Below are positions 51,076 to 60,387 of a stretch of DNA of 64,000 bases, piece after piece. The notes beneath the pieces were generated by a model. That model searched no databases. It was given only the letters and a program-made list of their open reading frames with translations, and was not told the DNA's origin. Source of the stretch: Sulfolobales archaeon (GTDB lineage Archaea; Thermoproteota; Thermoprotei_A; Sulfolobales; AG1); contig JAWBYA010000001.1 in the NCBI GenBank assembly GCA_038867615.1, forward strand, positions 192,001-256,000, read 5' to 3'. How positions within the stretch are numbered: the stretch's first letter is position 1; each line of letters opens with the position of its first letter. Made by a program: the position numbers and the translations under genes.

Positions 51076-51903
51076 CTAGCTTGTTTTAGGCGTTCTTGAG
51101 AGTATCTTCTTAGCTATCCTGTAGTGGACAACATCTATCATCTCACTACCAAGCCTTGCAGCGCCCCTACCGCTTTTAGATGCTTCTTCAAAGACCTCTA
51201 TCACCTTCAAGGCCCACTCTATCTCCTGCTTAGATGGTGTGAATACCTCGTTAGCTATATCGATCTGTTTAGGATGGATCAGGGTTTTCCCCACATATCC
51301 TAGCTTCTTAGCCTCGAGAGCGTCTCTCCTAAAACCCTCTAGATCGTCTATGTTGAAGTAAACCTTATCTATAGCATCAACGCCGTAGGATGATGCAACC
51401 ATAGCTACTAGGGCTCTTATAAATTGGTTATTCTCATAGGCCTCTGGGCTTCCACCAACGCTCAGGGCTAGATCTGCGGGGCCCCATGTTATCGCCACCA
51501 CACCCTCTGATCTAGCTATATCCTCTATCCTTAGAAAACCCCTTGCAGTCTCGATCAGGGGGAAGATGTTTTTACCACTAGCCCTATATATAAAGCTTAG
51601 ATCATTCTCAGCCTTCGGGATCATTATACATGACGCATTATCCCATCTAGCGACATATGCTAGATCCTCTATCCCTTCCCGAGTATAGATAGGGTTGATC
51701 CTAACGCAAACCTCTCTACCGCCCCAGCTTAGCTCCTTTAGAAGACTTCCCAAGAGCTCTCTAGCCCTTTCCTTCTCACCAGCCGGTACTGAATCCTCGA
51801 GATCTAGGATCACCGAGTCTGAGTTAAGATCGCATGATTTCCTTATCTTTCTCTCATCGTTTCCCGGTACAAAGAGCATGCTCCTCCTCGGCATCAAGCC
51901 CAC
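51076..51903 (-). CDS. CitE/HpcH family CoA-ester lyase
   Basis: RSMLFVPG, LDLEDSV, LIETARG, GPADL and GKTLIHPKQ motifs. Confidence 0.92.
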   Translation of the reverse strand: MGLMPRRSMLFVPGNDERKIRKSCDLNSDSVILDLEDSVPAGEKERARELLGSLLKELSWGGREVCVRINPIYTREGIEDLAYVARWDNASCIMIPKAENDLSFIYRASGKNIFPLIETARGFLRIEDIARSEGVVAITWGPADLALSVGGSPEAYENNQFIRALVAMVASSYGVDAIDKVYFNIDDLEGFRRDALEAKKLGYVGKTLIHPKQIDIANEVFTPSKQEIEWALKVIEVFEEASKSGRGAARLGSEMIDVVHYRIAKKILSRTPKTS

Positions 51904-52394
51904 CTATGGTCTCTCTTAGGAACCATTATGGTTCTATCACATTCTAGCAAGAGATCGTTGTTCTGGTTATAAGCCCTTATCCTCAGCCTAACGATCCCGA
52001 ATCCTGGTCTGCTCTTCGACTCCCTAGCCTCGATAACCTCTGCCTCAGCATATATAGTGTCTCCTGAGAACACGGGTTTGTGGAACTTAACATTCTCTAT
52101 CCCTAGCATAAAGCCTCTAGACGATAGGTGGGTTGTGAGCCCTATTGCTATTGATAGGGTTAGCAGTCCATTAACCACTAATCTACCCTTGAAAGGCTCG
52201 CCTGGATAGTTCTTCTCGGTATAGCCCTTATCAAAGTGGATTGGGTTAACATTGCTTGTGAGGAGTGTAAACCATATGTTATCTACATCAGTAACGGTCC
52301 TCCCAAGGGGGTTTCTATATCTAAGCCCGGGCTTTAGATCCTCGAAATAAGGACCTGAGAGAGCCCGTTCAACTAGGGATCCGTAGTCCTCCAA
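51894..52394 (-). CDS. MaoC family dehydratase
   Basis: GPYFED, RTVTDVD, NPIHFD and PVFSGDT motifs. Confidence 0.92.
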   Translation of the reverse strand: MEDYGSLVERALSGPYFEDLKPGLRYRNPLGRTVTDVDNIWFTLLTSNVNPIHFDKGYTEKNYPGEPFKGRLVVNGLLTLSIAIGLTTHLSSRGFMLGIENVKFHKPVFSGDTIYAEAEVIEARESKSRPGFGIVRLRIRAYNQNNDLLLECDRTIMVPKRDHRWA

Positions 52395-52467
52395 TCTGTT
52401 CCCTATATCTGTTGCCTTCTTATAAATATATTGTTTCTATGTGGATAGAGAGGTTTATTGATAGTTT

Positions 52468-53358
52468 CTAGCTCTTCTCGCTTGGAGGTCTCCTCACAGG
52501 TACTAGCTGTTCCAGAAGCCTGGTTGCTCCTAGGAGTAGTTCCATCGGTATCACGATCTTTGTTGATGGCGTGCTTGAGATCGATTTAAGGGCTTCTAGG
52601 TATTGCAGGTAGAGAGTGTTATAATCAACCCTAGATGCTGCTGAGTTTATAAGCTCAAGCGCCCTCGATACCCCTTCAGCCCTCAGGATCTCTGCCTGCT
52701 TATCTCCCTCAGCTTTTCTGATCTGTGATTCTTTATACCCCTCTGCCTCTAGTATTGCTGCCTGCTTCTTACCCTCTGCCTCTAGGATCATGGCTCTCCT
52801 TGTTCTCTCAGCCGACATTTGTCTAATCATTGCCTCCTGCACATCCCTAGGAGGCTTGATCTCTCTTATCTCAACAGAGGTCACCTTGATCCCCCACCTA
52901 TCCGTGACCTCGTCAAGCTTAGCTCTCAGCGTGCTATTAATATACTCCCTCTTTGCAAGGACATCGTCTAGCATGAGATCCCCAACCACAGCCCTTAGCG
53001 TGGTTACAGCCATACCGGTGGAGGCTGTTACATAGTTACTCACAGCTGTCACGGACTTCACGGGATCGAATACCTTGAGATAGACCAATAGATCTATATC
53101 AACCGGGGCGTTATCCTTAGTTATACAGGTCTGGGGCGGTATGTCTATAACAAACTCCCTAAGATCAACCCTCTGGGCAGTATCTATTATCGGAACCAAG
53201 AAGATCAGCCCGGGACCCCTCACACCTATCATCCTACCCAGTCTAAAGACAACTAGCCTCTCATACTCAGGCACGATCCTTATAGATCTTGCGAGGATTG
53301 CTAGGAGGATTATTAGAACAAGAATTATTAGAATTAGAGATACTGGATCTAGAGGCAT
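52468..53358 (-). CDS. SPFH / band 7 (stomatin-like) protein
   Basis: N-terminal TM, VVFRLG, ITKDN, WGIKV and AER.RRA.ILEAEG. Confidence 0.95.
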   Translation of the reverse strand: MPLDPVSLILIILVLIILLAILARSIRIVPEYERLVVFRLGRMIGVRGPGLIFLVPIIDTAQRVDLREFVIDIPPQTCITKDNAPVDIDLLVYLKVFDPVKSVTAVSNYVTASTGMAVTTLRAVVGDLMLDDVLAKREYINSTLRAKLDEVTDRWGIKVTSVEIREIKPPRDVQEAMIRQMSAERTRRAMILEAEGKKQAAILEAEGYKESQIRKAEGDKQAEILRAEGVSRALELINSAASRVDYNTLYLQYLEALKSISSTPSTKIVIPMELLLGATRLLEQLVPVRRPPSEKS

Positions 53359-53568
53359 TAAACAACCCGTAAAATACTCTATTCAAAGACTTATAAACCT
53401 TGAGCTGTTGGAAGGCCCGTGAGACTCTGGATATTTCCCATAGATCTATGCTGTCATTAAGATCCTAGCCAGAAGCACTGCCCAGGCTCCTTAGCGTCTC
53501 GCCAACCTTGTATTTGATACACCTAATGAGTATAGCTCGTTGTTATGAGCTTCTCTATTTTAGGACTA

Positions 53569-54570
53569 TTAGCTATGGTGATCCAGATATAATGGGATCT
53601 CTTTCACAAGATCTTTTGCTAAAGGTCTATCTATTACTAGTCTTAGGGTGTAGGTGTTCTCTCTATAGCCTATGAAGATCGTGTTTTCCTCTCCAAGGAT
53701 GCTCTTAATCTCTTTGGCTATATCCTCCATGTCGAGTGTTTTTTCGTGTGTTATTATGATGAGAGGTCTGCATATTGGTAGCTCGGTTTCGAAGGATCCT
53801 GATCTTCCTGAGTAGATCTTGAGTGGGGCTTTTCCGATAAAGCTTCCACGGATCTCTTCTCCAGCTCCTATCTCGACTCTATATGATCTTGCTCGTTTTA
53901 TCATTAGGGGTGCTATGCGTCCAATAACTCTGCATCCTATGAATTCTAGTCTGTAGAAGCATAGCTCTCCATCACCCTCAACCTTCTCATTAACAACCTT
54001 ATTGCTGGTAATCCTGGGTGTTATTGGTATGATGATTATATCTCTATACCTACCCCCAGAGATCTTCAGGATCTTTCCATCAAAAAACCCCTCATTGGTT
54101 GGGAAAATAGCCAGGATATTGCTAACCCCCAGCTCCTTCAAATCATACCCTGTAGAAACCTCAGAGATCTTCTCAAAAATCTTGGTAGTAATATACCTAG
54201 TCGTGGTGTCATGAGCCTCACCACCGATAGAGATCGATATAATATTTCTGCTAATCTCGCCCTTAATGGTGGCTCTATAGAGCTCTAACAGCTCTCCCGA
54301 GGGTAGAGTGAGCCTGGAGATCTTCAATTTATCGGAGAACTCTCTTAGAGCTTCATTCCTCTCTGCTGTGAGCAGTATCCATTTAATAAGCAGTAGAAGC
54401 CCGGCTCCCCATATAAGTATAGCTATATAGGTTACTAGAGGGTTGCTGATTATCCGTAATACTACAACTGTGGTAATTATCAATATAACTATAGAGAGAA
54501 TACTACAGAATAAAGGCATCACAAGATCTTTCTCAACAGTGATTACGAGAGGATCACGATCGCTGGTCAA
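53569..54570 (-). CDS. hypothetical protein with two N-terminal TM helices
   Basis: 333-aa Ile-rich ORF with a beta-rich C-terminal region ending LRLVIDRPLAKD. Confidence 0.7.
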   Translation of the reverse strand: MTSDRDPLVITVEKDLVMPLFCSILSIVILIITTVVVLRIISNPLVTYIAILIWGAGLLLLIKWILLTAERNEALREFSDKLKISRLTLPSGELLELYRATIKGEISRNIISISIGGEAHDTTTRYITTKIFEKISEVSTGYDLKELGVSNILAIFPTNEGFFDGKILKISGGRYRDIIIIPITPRITSNKVVNEKVEGDGELCFYRLEFIGCRVIGRIAPLMIKRARSYRVEIGAGEEIRGSFIGKAPLKIYSGRSGSFETELPICRPLIIITHEKTLDMEDIAKEIKSILGEENTIFIGYRENTYTLRLVIDRPLAKDLVKEIPLYLDHHS

Positions 54571-54744
54571 GGCTGCTAAATGCTATTAAAGAAAAGCCCT
54601 TAAAAATCTTCGAGAGGTCATATTCATAAACTGTTTGCTATCTCTGATACCCTTGATGTTTATCGATATTGTTTCGTTATCCGAGATCTTAACACTGAGA
54701 TGGGATAGGTTGTAAGACTTCAGCCTCTTAATGGTTGTAGTATT

Positions 54745-55995
54745 CTAGCCGTTCTCGGCTTTCTTTACTTTTAAAATGATCCCCTCCATCGATACTACGA
54801 CTACCTTCGATCCTGACGGTATCTTGCCACTGACAGAATATGCTGTCCATTCCTCGCCTGCTACGTAGACCACACCGGGGGTGTTTTCGTCTATATCTGT
54901 CTTTGCAAGACCTATCTTTCCAACAATAAGCTCTTCCGGCTTGTATCTCTTCATCCTCACAGCCTGCCCTGCTTTATATGCTATGAAGCCTACGAGCCCG
55001 CCAAATCCTAGTATGAGGGCTGCTACCCCTGCTAGTTCTAGGCTTAGGGTTCCCGGGGGTCTCTGGAGTATTAGCATTGATATCCCTGCTGCTATCAGGA
55101 CTATGCCTGCTATTCCGAAGGCGCCGAAGCCTGGTGTTGTGACCTCTATTAGTGTTAGCACTACTCCTGAGAGTAGGAGGGTTATTACCAAGAGGTCTGG
55201 GGGTACGAGGCTCATGCCATAGAGGGCTAGCAGGATTAGGAGGGCGCCTGCTATCGCGTATCCCTGAAAACCTGTGGTGAAGATCTCTGCTAGTATTAGG
55301 TAGACTCCTATTGTTAGTATGAGCGAATATATCAGTGGATCAGATAGTAGAGAGACTATTCCCTCAAAGAAATCCTTACTATATCTAGACCCAATCACGA
55401 GACCCTCTTTATCGAGCACCTCCTCAAGACTTGAGGCTGGAGATGCTATGCCTATCGAGACAGCTTCCCTCTCAGTCAGTGTTAGGCTCTCCTTAACAAA
55501 TCTCTCAGCGATCTCCACCTTAGCCGGGTCGTCAAAGGCTCTTTGAGCCAAAGCCCTGAATCTCGAGGCAACATAGCTCACAGTCTTCTCATCAGAGGGT
55601 ATAGGTTTGGCAGCCCCTATACTGCTCCCAGGCCCCATATAGATCTTTCCACACGCTATCGCAACCATAGATGCTGCCGAGGCAGCCTTCCCACCCGGGG
55701 GTATGTATGCAACACACCTAGCACCTGAGCCAACCAATATCTCGGCTATCCTGTCAGCAGATGCTACATAGCCTCCATAGCTATCTATGATGAGTGTAAT
55801 CGACATGCTATTATCAAGAGCGCTCTTCACAGCCCTCTCTACCAGGGAGACCATCCCGCCGTCGATGTTACCAATAACATCGACTACTATGGTGGACTGC
55901 TTAGAGGCGCTTTGGGCTAATACAGCTATATGGATTGATGTGGTGAGAATGAATAACACCGTGACTAGCGTTATTAAAGCACTATATCCCCTCAT
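54745..55995 (-). CDS. nfeD: NfeD family membrane-bound protease (ClpP-like domain, TM domain, OB domain)
   Basis: IDSYGG, AASAA, GSSIGAA.P and GVVYVAGEEWTA motifs. Confidence 0.92.
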   Translation of the reverse strand: MRGYSALITLVTVLFILTTSIHIAVLAQSASKQSTIVVDVIGNIDGGMVSLVERAVKSALDNSMSITLIIDSYGGYVASADRIAEILVGSGARCVAYIPPGGKAASAASMVAIACGKIYMGPGSSIGAAKPIPSDEKTVSYVASRFRALAQRAFDDPAKVEIAERFVKESLTLTEREAVSIGIASPASSLEEVLDKEGLVIGSRYSKDFFEGIVSLLSDPLIYSLILTIGVYLILAEIFTTGFQGYAIAGALLILLALYGMSLVPPDLLVITLLLSGVVLTLIEVTTPGFGAFGIAGIVLIAAGISMLILQRPPGTLSLELAGVAALILGFGGLVGFIAYKAGQAVRMKRYKPEELIVGKIGLAKTDIDENTPGVVYVAGEEWTAYSVSGKIPSGSKVVVVSMEGIILKVKKAENG

Positions 55996-56024
55996 AAGAG
56001 TGTCCAGTAGTAATAAGTAAGGGG

Positions 56025-56981
56025 ATGTATAAAACCATAATTGTGGGGATCAGTATGATCTGTTCTAAGGCTCCTGGGAAGATAATCCTGTTTGGAGAGC
56101 ACTTTGTAGTGAAAGGGGTTCCGGGTATTGGCATGGCTGTCAGCTCCTATGCAAAGGCATGTGTTGAGGAAAGCGATAAGAACACGGTTTTATCGAAACA
56201 GCTGGGCCTGGTTTATGACGAGGCTGAGGGGGTAGGTTTTGGGGGTGGCTTTGAAGTTATATTCAAGCTCATCGCCTCTATGGGTTGCTCTAAGAGGGTG
56301 AGGGCTTATATAGATTCCTCTATATTTATGGGCTCTGGGATGGGTTCTTCAGCAGCATCCTCGGTTGCTCTGATCCATGCTCTCATGAGGCTCTGCGGTT
56401 TAGACCCCTCTAAGGAGGTTGTGTCTAGGATAGCCTTTGAGGCTGAGAAGGCTGTCCACGGAAAACCTAGCGGTATTGATAATACCCTAGCAACCTATGG
56501 GGGGCTACTTTACTACAGATCCGGGGTTTTTGAGAGGATAGATATCAAATGGCCCGAGGAGTATTCGTTGCTTGTTGTGAACACAGGGATCCATAGAGAG
56601 ACAGGGGTTGTGGTTAAAGACGTTCTAAACCTCTATGAGAGGAGGAGAGGGGTTTTAGAACATATATACAAGGCTGCGGAAGAGCTTGTAAACCAAGCCC
56701 TAGCAATGCTGAAGAAAGGGGATTTCGAGAACCTGGGGGAGTTGATGAATATAAACCAAGGATTACTATATACTGTGAATGTTTCATGCCCGAAATGTGA
56801 GGAGATAATCTGGCTCCTCAGGAGAAACAAAGCCCTAGGGGTCAAGCTAAGCGGTGCTGGGAGGGGAGGGATCATAATAGCCCTATATAGAAAGAAAGAT
56901 CTAGAGGGTGTGAGGCAGCTACTAAAAGAAGAGAGCCTAGTAGTAAGCCTCGACGAGCAAGGGGTTCTTTCAATTTCGTAG
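56025..56981 (+). CDS. mvk: mevalonate kinase
   Basis: APGKIILFGEH, GMGSSAA, HGKPSGID and KLSGAGRGG motifs. Confidence 0.95.
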   Translation: MYKTIIVGISMICSKAPGKIILFGEHFVVKGVPGIGMAVSSYAKACVEESDKNTVLSKQLGLVYDEAEGVGFGGGFEVIFKLIASMGCSKRVRAYIDSSIFMGSGMGSSAASSVALIHALMRLCGLDPSKEVVSRIAFEAEKAVHGKPSGIDNTLATYGGLLYYRSGVFERIDIKWPEEYSLLVVNTGIHRETGVVVKDVLNLYERRRGVLEHIYKAAEELVNQALAMLKKGDFENLGELMNINQGLLYTVNVSCPKCEEIIWLLRRNKALGVKLSGAGRGGIIIALYRKKDLEGVRQLLKEESLVVSLDEQGVLSIS

Positions 56982-56990
56982 TAAATCGGC
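56967..56990 (-). repeat. degenerate CRISPR-like repeat overlapping the mvk stop codon
   Basis: GCCGATTTACTACGAAATTGAAAG (minus strand) is 19/24 identical to the B2 repeat. Confidence 0.65.
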
Positions 56991-57163
56991 GAAACAGTCC
57001 TCGGTGTATAAATAATCGGCTGGGTTTGGGACTTATAAAAACAAAAGATCCCTTGGGTCGTTTTAGAAGATTCTGTGGAAGAAGAGATAAAGATACTAAG
57101 GCTATTGGGTTTTGCCATCATTAAAACTAAGGATCAAATACGAAGTTCCGCATAATATAGTAG

Positions 57164-60145
57164 TTAAGTCGATCTACTAAAGAATTGGGAGAGATCGCGG
57201 TAGAGCTCTACAAGCATCTCCTCCACATCCTCTCTCCTCAAGCTCGGTTGCAGGGCTTTTAACACCATGGTATCTAGCTCGATCCTTTTTTCCTGGGGCG
57301 GGAAGTATTGTTCCGGCAGTCTTTTTAGCTCGGAGTGTTTGAACATATCGAAGATCTCTGAGAGAGTGTTGATCTTACCTTCTGGAAGTGATGTGATATC
57401 AAGGACTGGGAGGAGTTTCCAGTGGGTTATTTTAAGACTGCTCCACGCACCCTCGGTCTCCTCCCTGTGGGCTATGATGCTCATAATCCCCCATGTGGTG
57501 TTAAGCCATAGGCATAGCGCTTTGAGCTTTCTATCATCGTTGCCTGTTTTGAGTCTAACGGCATAGAATATGTTTGAGAGTACAGGTTTTGTAACATAGA
57601 TCGCTGTTACATGGGCTGTGTTGAGCCTTATTCTCTCTGGGACGAGGAGGCTGCTTGCAAACCTCTCAAATATTCTTCTCGCTTTCCCATCCTTCGGAAG
57701 GATCCGGGCGTTAGGATCGGTCTGTAACCGGGTTCTCAACTCTTCTCCCCCACCATATAGGGCTGGCAGAGATCCTGGCGCCTCTGCAGCTCTTCTAAAG
57801 CTATCGTGGAATTGATGCCTGTCAATCCCGATCACCGCTATCTCTCCAAGCCTCTTAACCGGGATCCTTATCTCTCTAGCTCCAAGCCTTATACTACCCT
57901 CTAGCAGCTCTAACACATAGTTTGAGAGCCGCGGGTTTGTGAATGCTAATAGCTTTCCCCAGTTATCCAGGTGCTTTAGAAGCAATCGCCTCGGGATCGT
58001 ATATACAATGCCACAAGATCTTCCAGCCTCTACATTGCTGCCTAGGCTGCTGCTCCCTAGCGTTATATCTATCTCAGCGGCTTTCCCACACCTATCTATG
58101 ATTTCATGTGCCAGCCATACTCCCTCAAGTGCTGTTTTAGGTTTTCTGACCAGGTTTGCTATGCATGTTCTCTCATCCTCAACATGCTTATCAACCCTCC
58201 TTGCGATCACGAGGCACTCGCTCAGGTCTGTAGATTCGCTAAAACCATAGCCTTCTTCGGGATCGTTGCTAACAATAACATATTCTAGGTGGAATCTCGA
58301 TGCTAAGAACGATCGTGCGAGGAACCAGCTTATCCCTGACAAGAGATTCCTGGGTAGAACAAACGCTATCCTACCCCCCTCTTTTACCAGCTCCCCAGCA
58401 ATGTATAGGAAGAGGAGCCCTTCACCAGCCTGTCCAATCTCTAGGAAGGTTTTTACACCTTCCCCGCTGAGTGAGGTTTCTAGTTCTTTCAGGAAAGCCT
58501 TTCCCTCGCTAGTCTCGGATAACATGTATCTCACATATTCTCTAAGTCTCTTGTAGGATCTGAGGAGCTTCTCCCTAGCATGCTTATCCACTATAAAGCC
58601 GAAGAGCCCTGATTCTTTCCTGCCGCCTCTTCCAGTTGCTCTGGTGAAGGGAGGGTTCATTATGATTAGGTCAAACCTTTCTGGAAGATCTATTATTTCT
58701 TCCTTCCTAGAGGCAGAGATCCTGATTATACCTCTGCTCCTCGGAGGGTTTGCAAGAATCCTCTGCACTAGATCCAGGCTTCCCATAGATACAGATCCGT
58801 TAGGGCCTATTCCAAGCGGTGCTGTGTAGATATTCATGCTTTGTGGAGAAGCTTCGGGATTATGGAGGGCAAGGATCGTGGTTGTTATATATGTTGCGAA
58901 TCTAAGGGAATCCAACCCCCAGAGGGTTTTCTCCAAAACAGTCCTGTGGAAGCCCTCAACATCGACTTCCAACCCTTCTTTCAAGCGATCTCTGGTATAG
59001 AGGTATAGAAGACCATCGTAAGAGGCTGAGAGAAGAGTTCCCGAGCCGCATGCTAGATCGGCTATTCTGAAATTATCAAGAGAGCTGAGGCTCTGCCACG
59101 CCTGGTTTGGGGTTGTAAGGGCTAGTCTGGCAAGCAGGTACGATGAAGGTATGCTTGTAAAATATGTTGCTAGGTTCTTCCTAACAGCCCAGCTCCCTAC
59201 TATTGTATGGTATATCTTGCCCGCGAAATCGCGTCTCAACAAGGTCTTGTTGCTTGCTATGCTGCTTGCAAAGCCGATCAGATCCATGATCGCTTGTTGA
59301 GCGTCTATAGGGAGTTTTTCAACGATCTCCTTGGCAATGCTGAAGATCGGTTGGTTGTTTATTTTAACAATACTATCGAAGGCTTTCTCAAGGGCTGGTA
59401 GGCCGTTTCTCCCTCCTACCAGGCTTTCCAGGGGTTTGAGGCCGTGTTTGGCTCTTATACTCTCATAGAGTATGGCGCTTAGGAGGATAGCTAGGGCTGC
59501 TTTACCATAGATCATTTCCTTGATATCCTCTACCTCTCCTATGGAGATGCCGTAGAGTTTATGGAAAACATTGTAGAGCTCTCTACATATAGATAGATCT
59601 CTATCCACAGAGCCTAGGGTTTTGATTAGCCGGTTGATAAGCTTCTCTATCTCCTCCTCGGCTTTTCTAATCATTTCCTCCAAAACCAGGTGCTGGATCG
59701 CTTGGTCTATGCTATCCCTTAGAAGGGGTACATCGACCCTAAGCCACCCTTGCGTGAGCAGCTCTCGCGGAGATTCCTTAGATCTCTTCTCCAAGAAGCG
59801 CGATAGATTTCTCGTCACATCTTCTCCGGGTATGAAGAACCTAGCCCTCAATACAGATCTTTCCAAGATCTCCTCGATCTCATCCTCCGCAACTTCCTCA
59901 GGAAAAGCCTGTCTATCATACCAGATAGCTACGGCTATGTCGCAAAGCCCGCTCTCAAGCCTCTCTATCGCATTTCTTTCAGCAACACGAGCTTCGTAGG
60001 ATCCTTCGAGGGCTATTCTGAAACCCTTATACAGAAGAACTATGCCTGTAGAACCATCTATATATATCTCAACCCTCTCTTTAAAACCATGCCTCCCAAG
60101 CAGCCGGGCTAAGGTCCTGCTAACCCTACCTTCATCGATACCCAA
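57164..60145 (-). CDS. type IIG-like fused restriction-modification protein / large N6-adenine methylase
   Basis: DLACGSG, NPPFTR, C-terminal TRD-like region and an N-terminal segment with IALEGS. Confidence 0.85.
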   Translation of the reverse strand: MGIDEGRVSRTLARLLGRHGFKERVEIYIDGSTGIVLLYKGFRIALEGSYEARVAERNAIERLESGLCDIAVAIWYDRQAFPEEVAEDEIEEILERSVLRARFFIPGEDVTRNLSRFLEKRSKESPRELLTQGWLRVDVPLLRDSIDQAIQHLVLEEMIRKAEEEIEKLINRLIKTLGSVDRDLSICRELYNVFHKLYGISIGEVEDIKEMIYGKAALAILLSAILYESIRAKHGLKPLESLVGGRNGLPALEKAFDSIVKINNQPIFSIAKEIVEKLPIDAQQAIMDLIGFASSIASNKTLLRRDFAGKIYHTIVGSWAVRKNLATYFTSIPSSYLLARLALTTPNQAWQSLSSLDNFRIADLACGSGTLLSASYDGLLYLYTRDRLKEGLEVDVEGFHRTVLEKTLWGLDSLRFATYITTTILALHNPEASPQSMNIYTAPLGIGPNGSVSMGSLDLVQRILANPPRSRGIIRISASRKEEIIDLPERFDLIIMNPPFTRATGRGGRKESGLFGFIVDKHAREKLLRSYKRLREYVRYMLSETSEGKAFLKELETSLSGEGVKTFLEIGQAGEGLLFLYIAGELVKEGGRIAFVLPRNLLSGISWFLARSFLASRFHLEYVIVSNDPEEGYGFSESTDLSECLVIARRVDKHVEDERTCIANLVRKPKTALEGVWLAHEIIDRCGKAAEIDITLGSSSLGSNVEAGRSCGIVYTIPRRLLLKHLDNWGKLLAFTNPRLSNYVLELLEGSIRLGAREIRIPVKRLGEIAVIGIDRHQFHDSFRRAAEAPGSLPALYGGGEELRTRLQTDPNARILPKDGKARRIFERFASSLLVPERIRLNTAHVTAIYVTKPVLSNIFYAVRLKTGNDDRKLKALCLWLNTTWGIMSIIAHREETEGAWSSLKITHWKLLPVLDITSLPEGKINTLSEIFDMFKHSELKRLPEQYFPPQEKRIELDTMVLKALQPSLRREDVEEMLVELYRDLSQFFSRST
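57168..57191 (+). repeat. degenerate CRISPR-like repeat overlapping the last codons of the methylase gene
   Basis: GTCGATCTACTAAAGAATTGGGAG; its first 20 nt are 19/20 identical to the B repeat. Confidence 0.7.
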
Positions 60146-60387
60146 TCCGTATCCCCAACCACATTTATCCGGTATCCTGTTACATGGATGACGCGCTCTG
60201 CCTAATTAAAATAGATATTCGAGGCTTCTTAGCTATTATAGGTAGCAAGAGAAATCTATATAAATAGCATAGCTATCAGAGTTGGTGCAGATAGCGAAAC
60301 AGGTGAGATGCTTAGGTGATGGTATTCGATTAGACCCTAACGATCTCGTGGCTTAAATCTCTAAGGACGCTTTAGCGATAAACAAGA

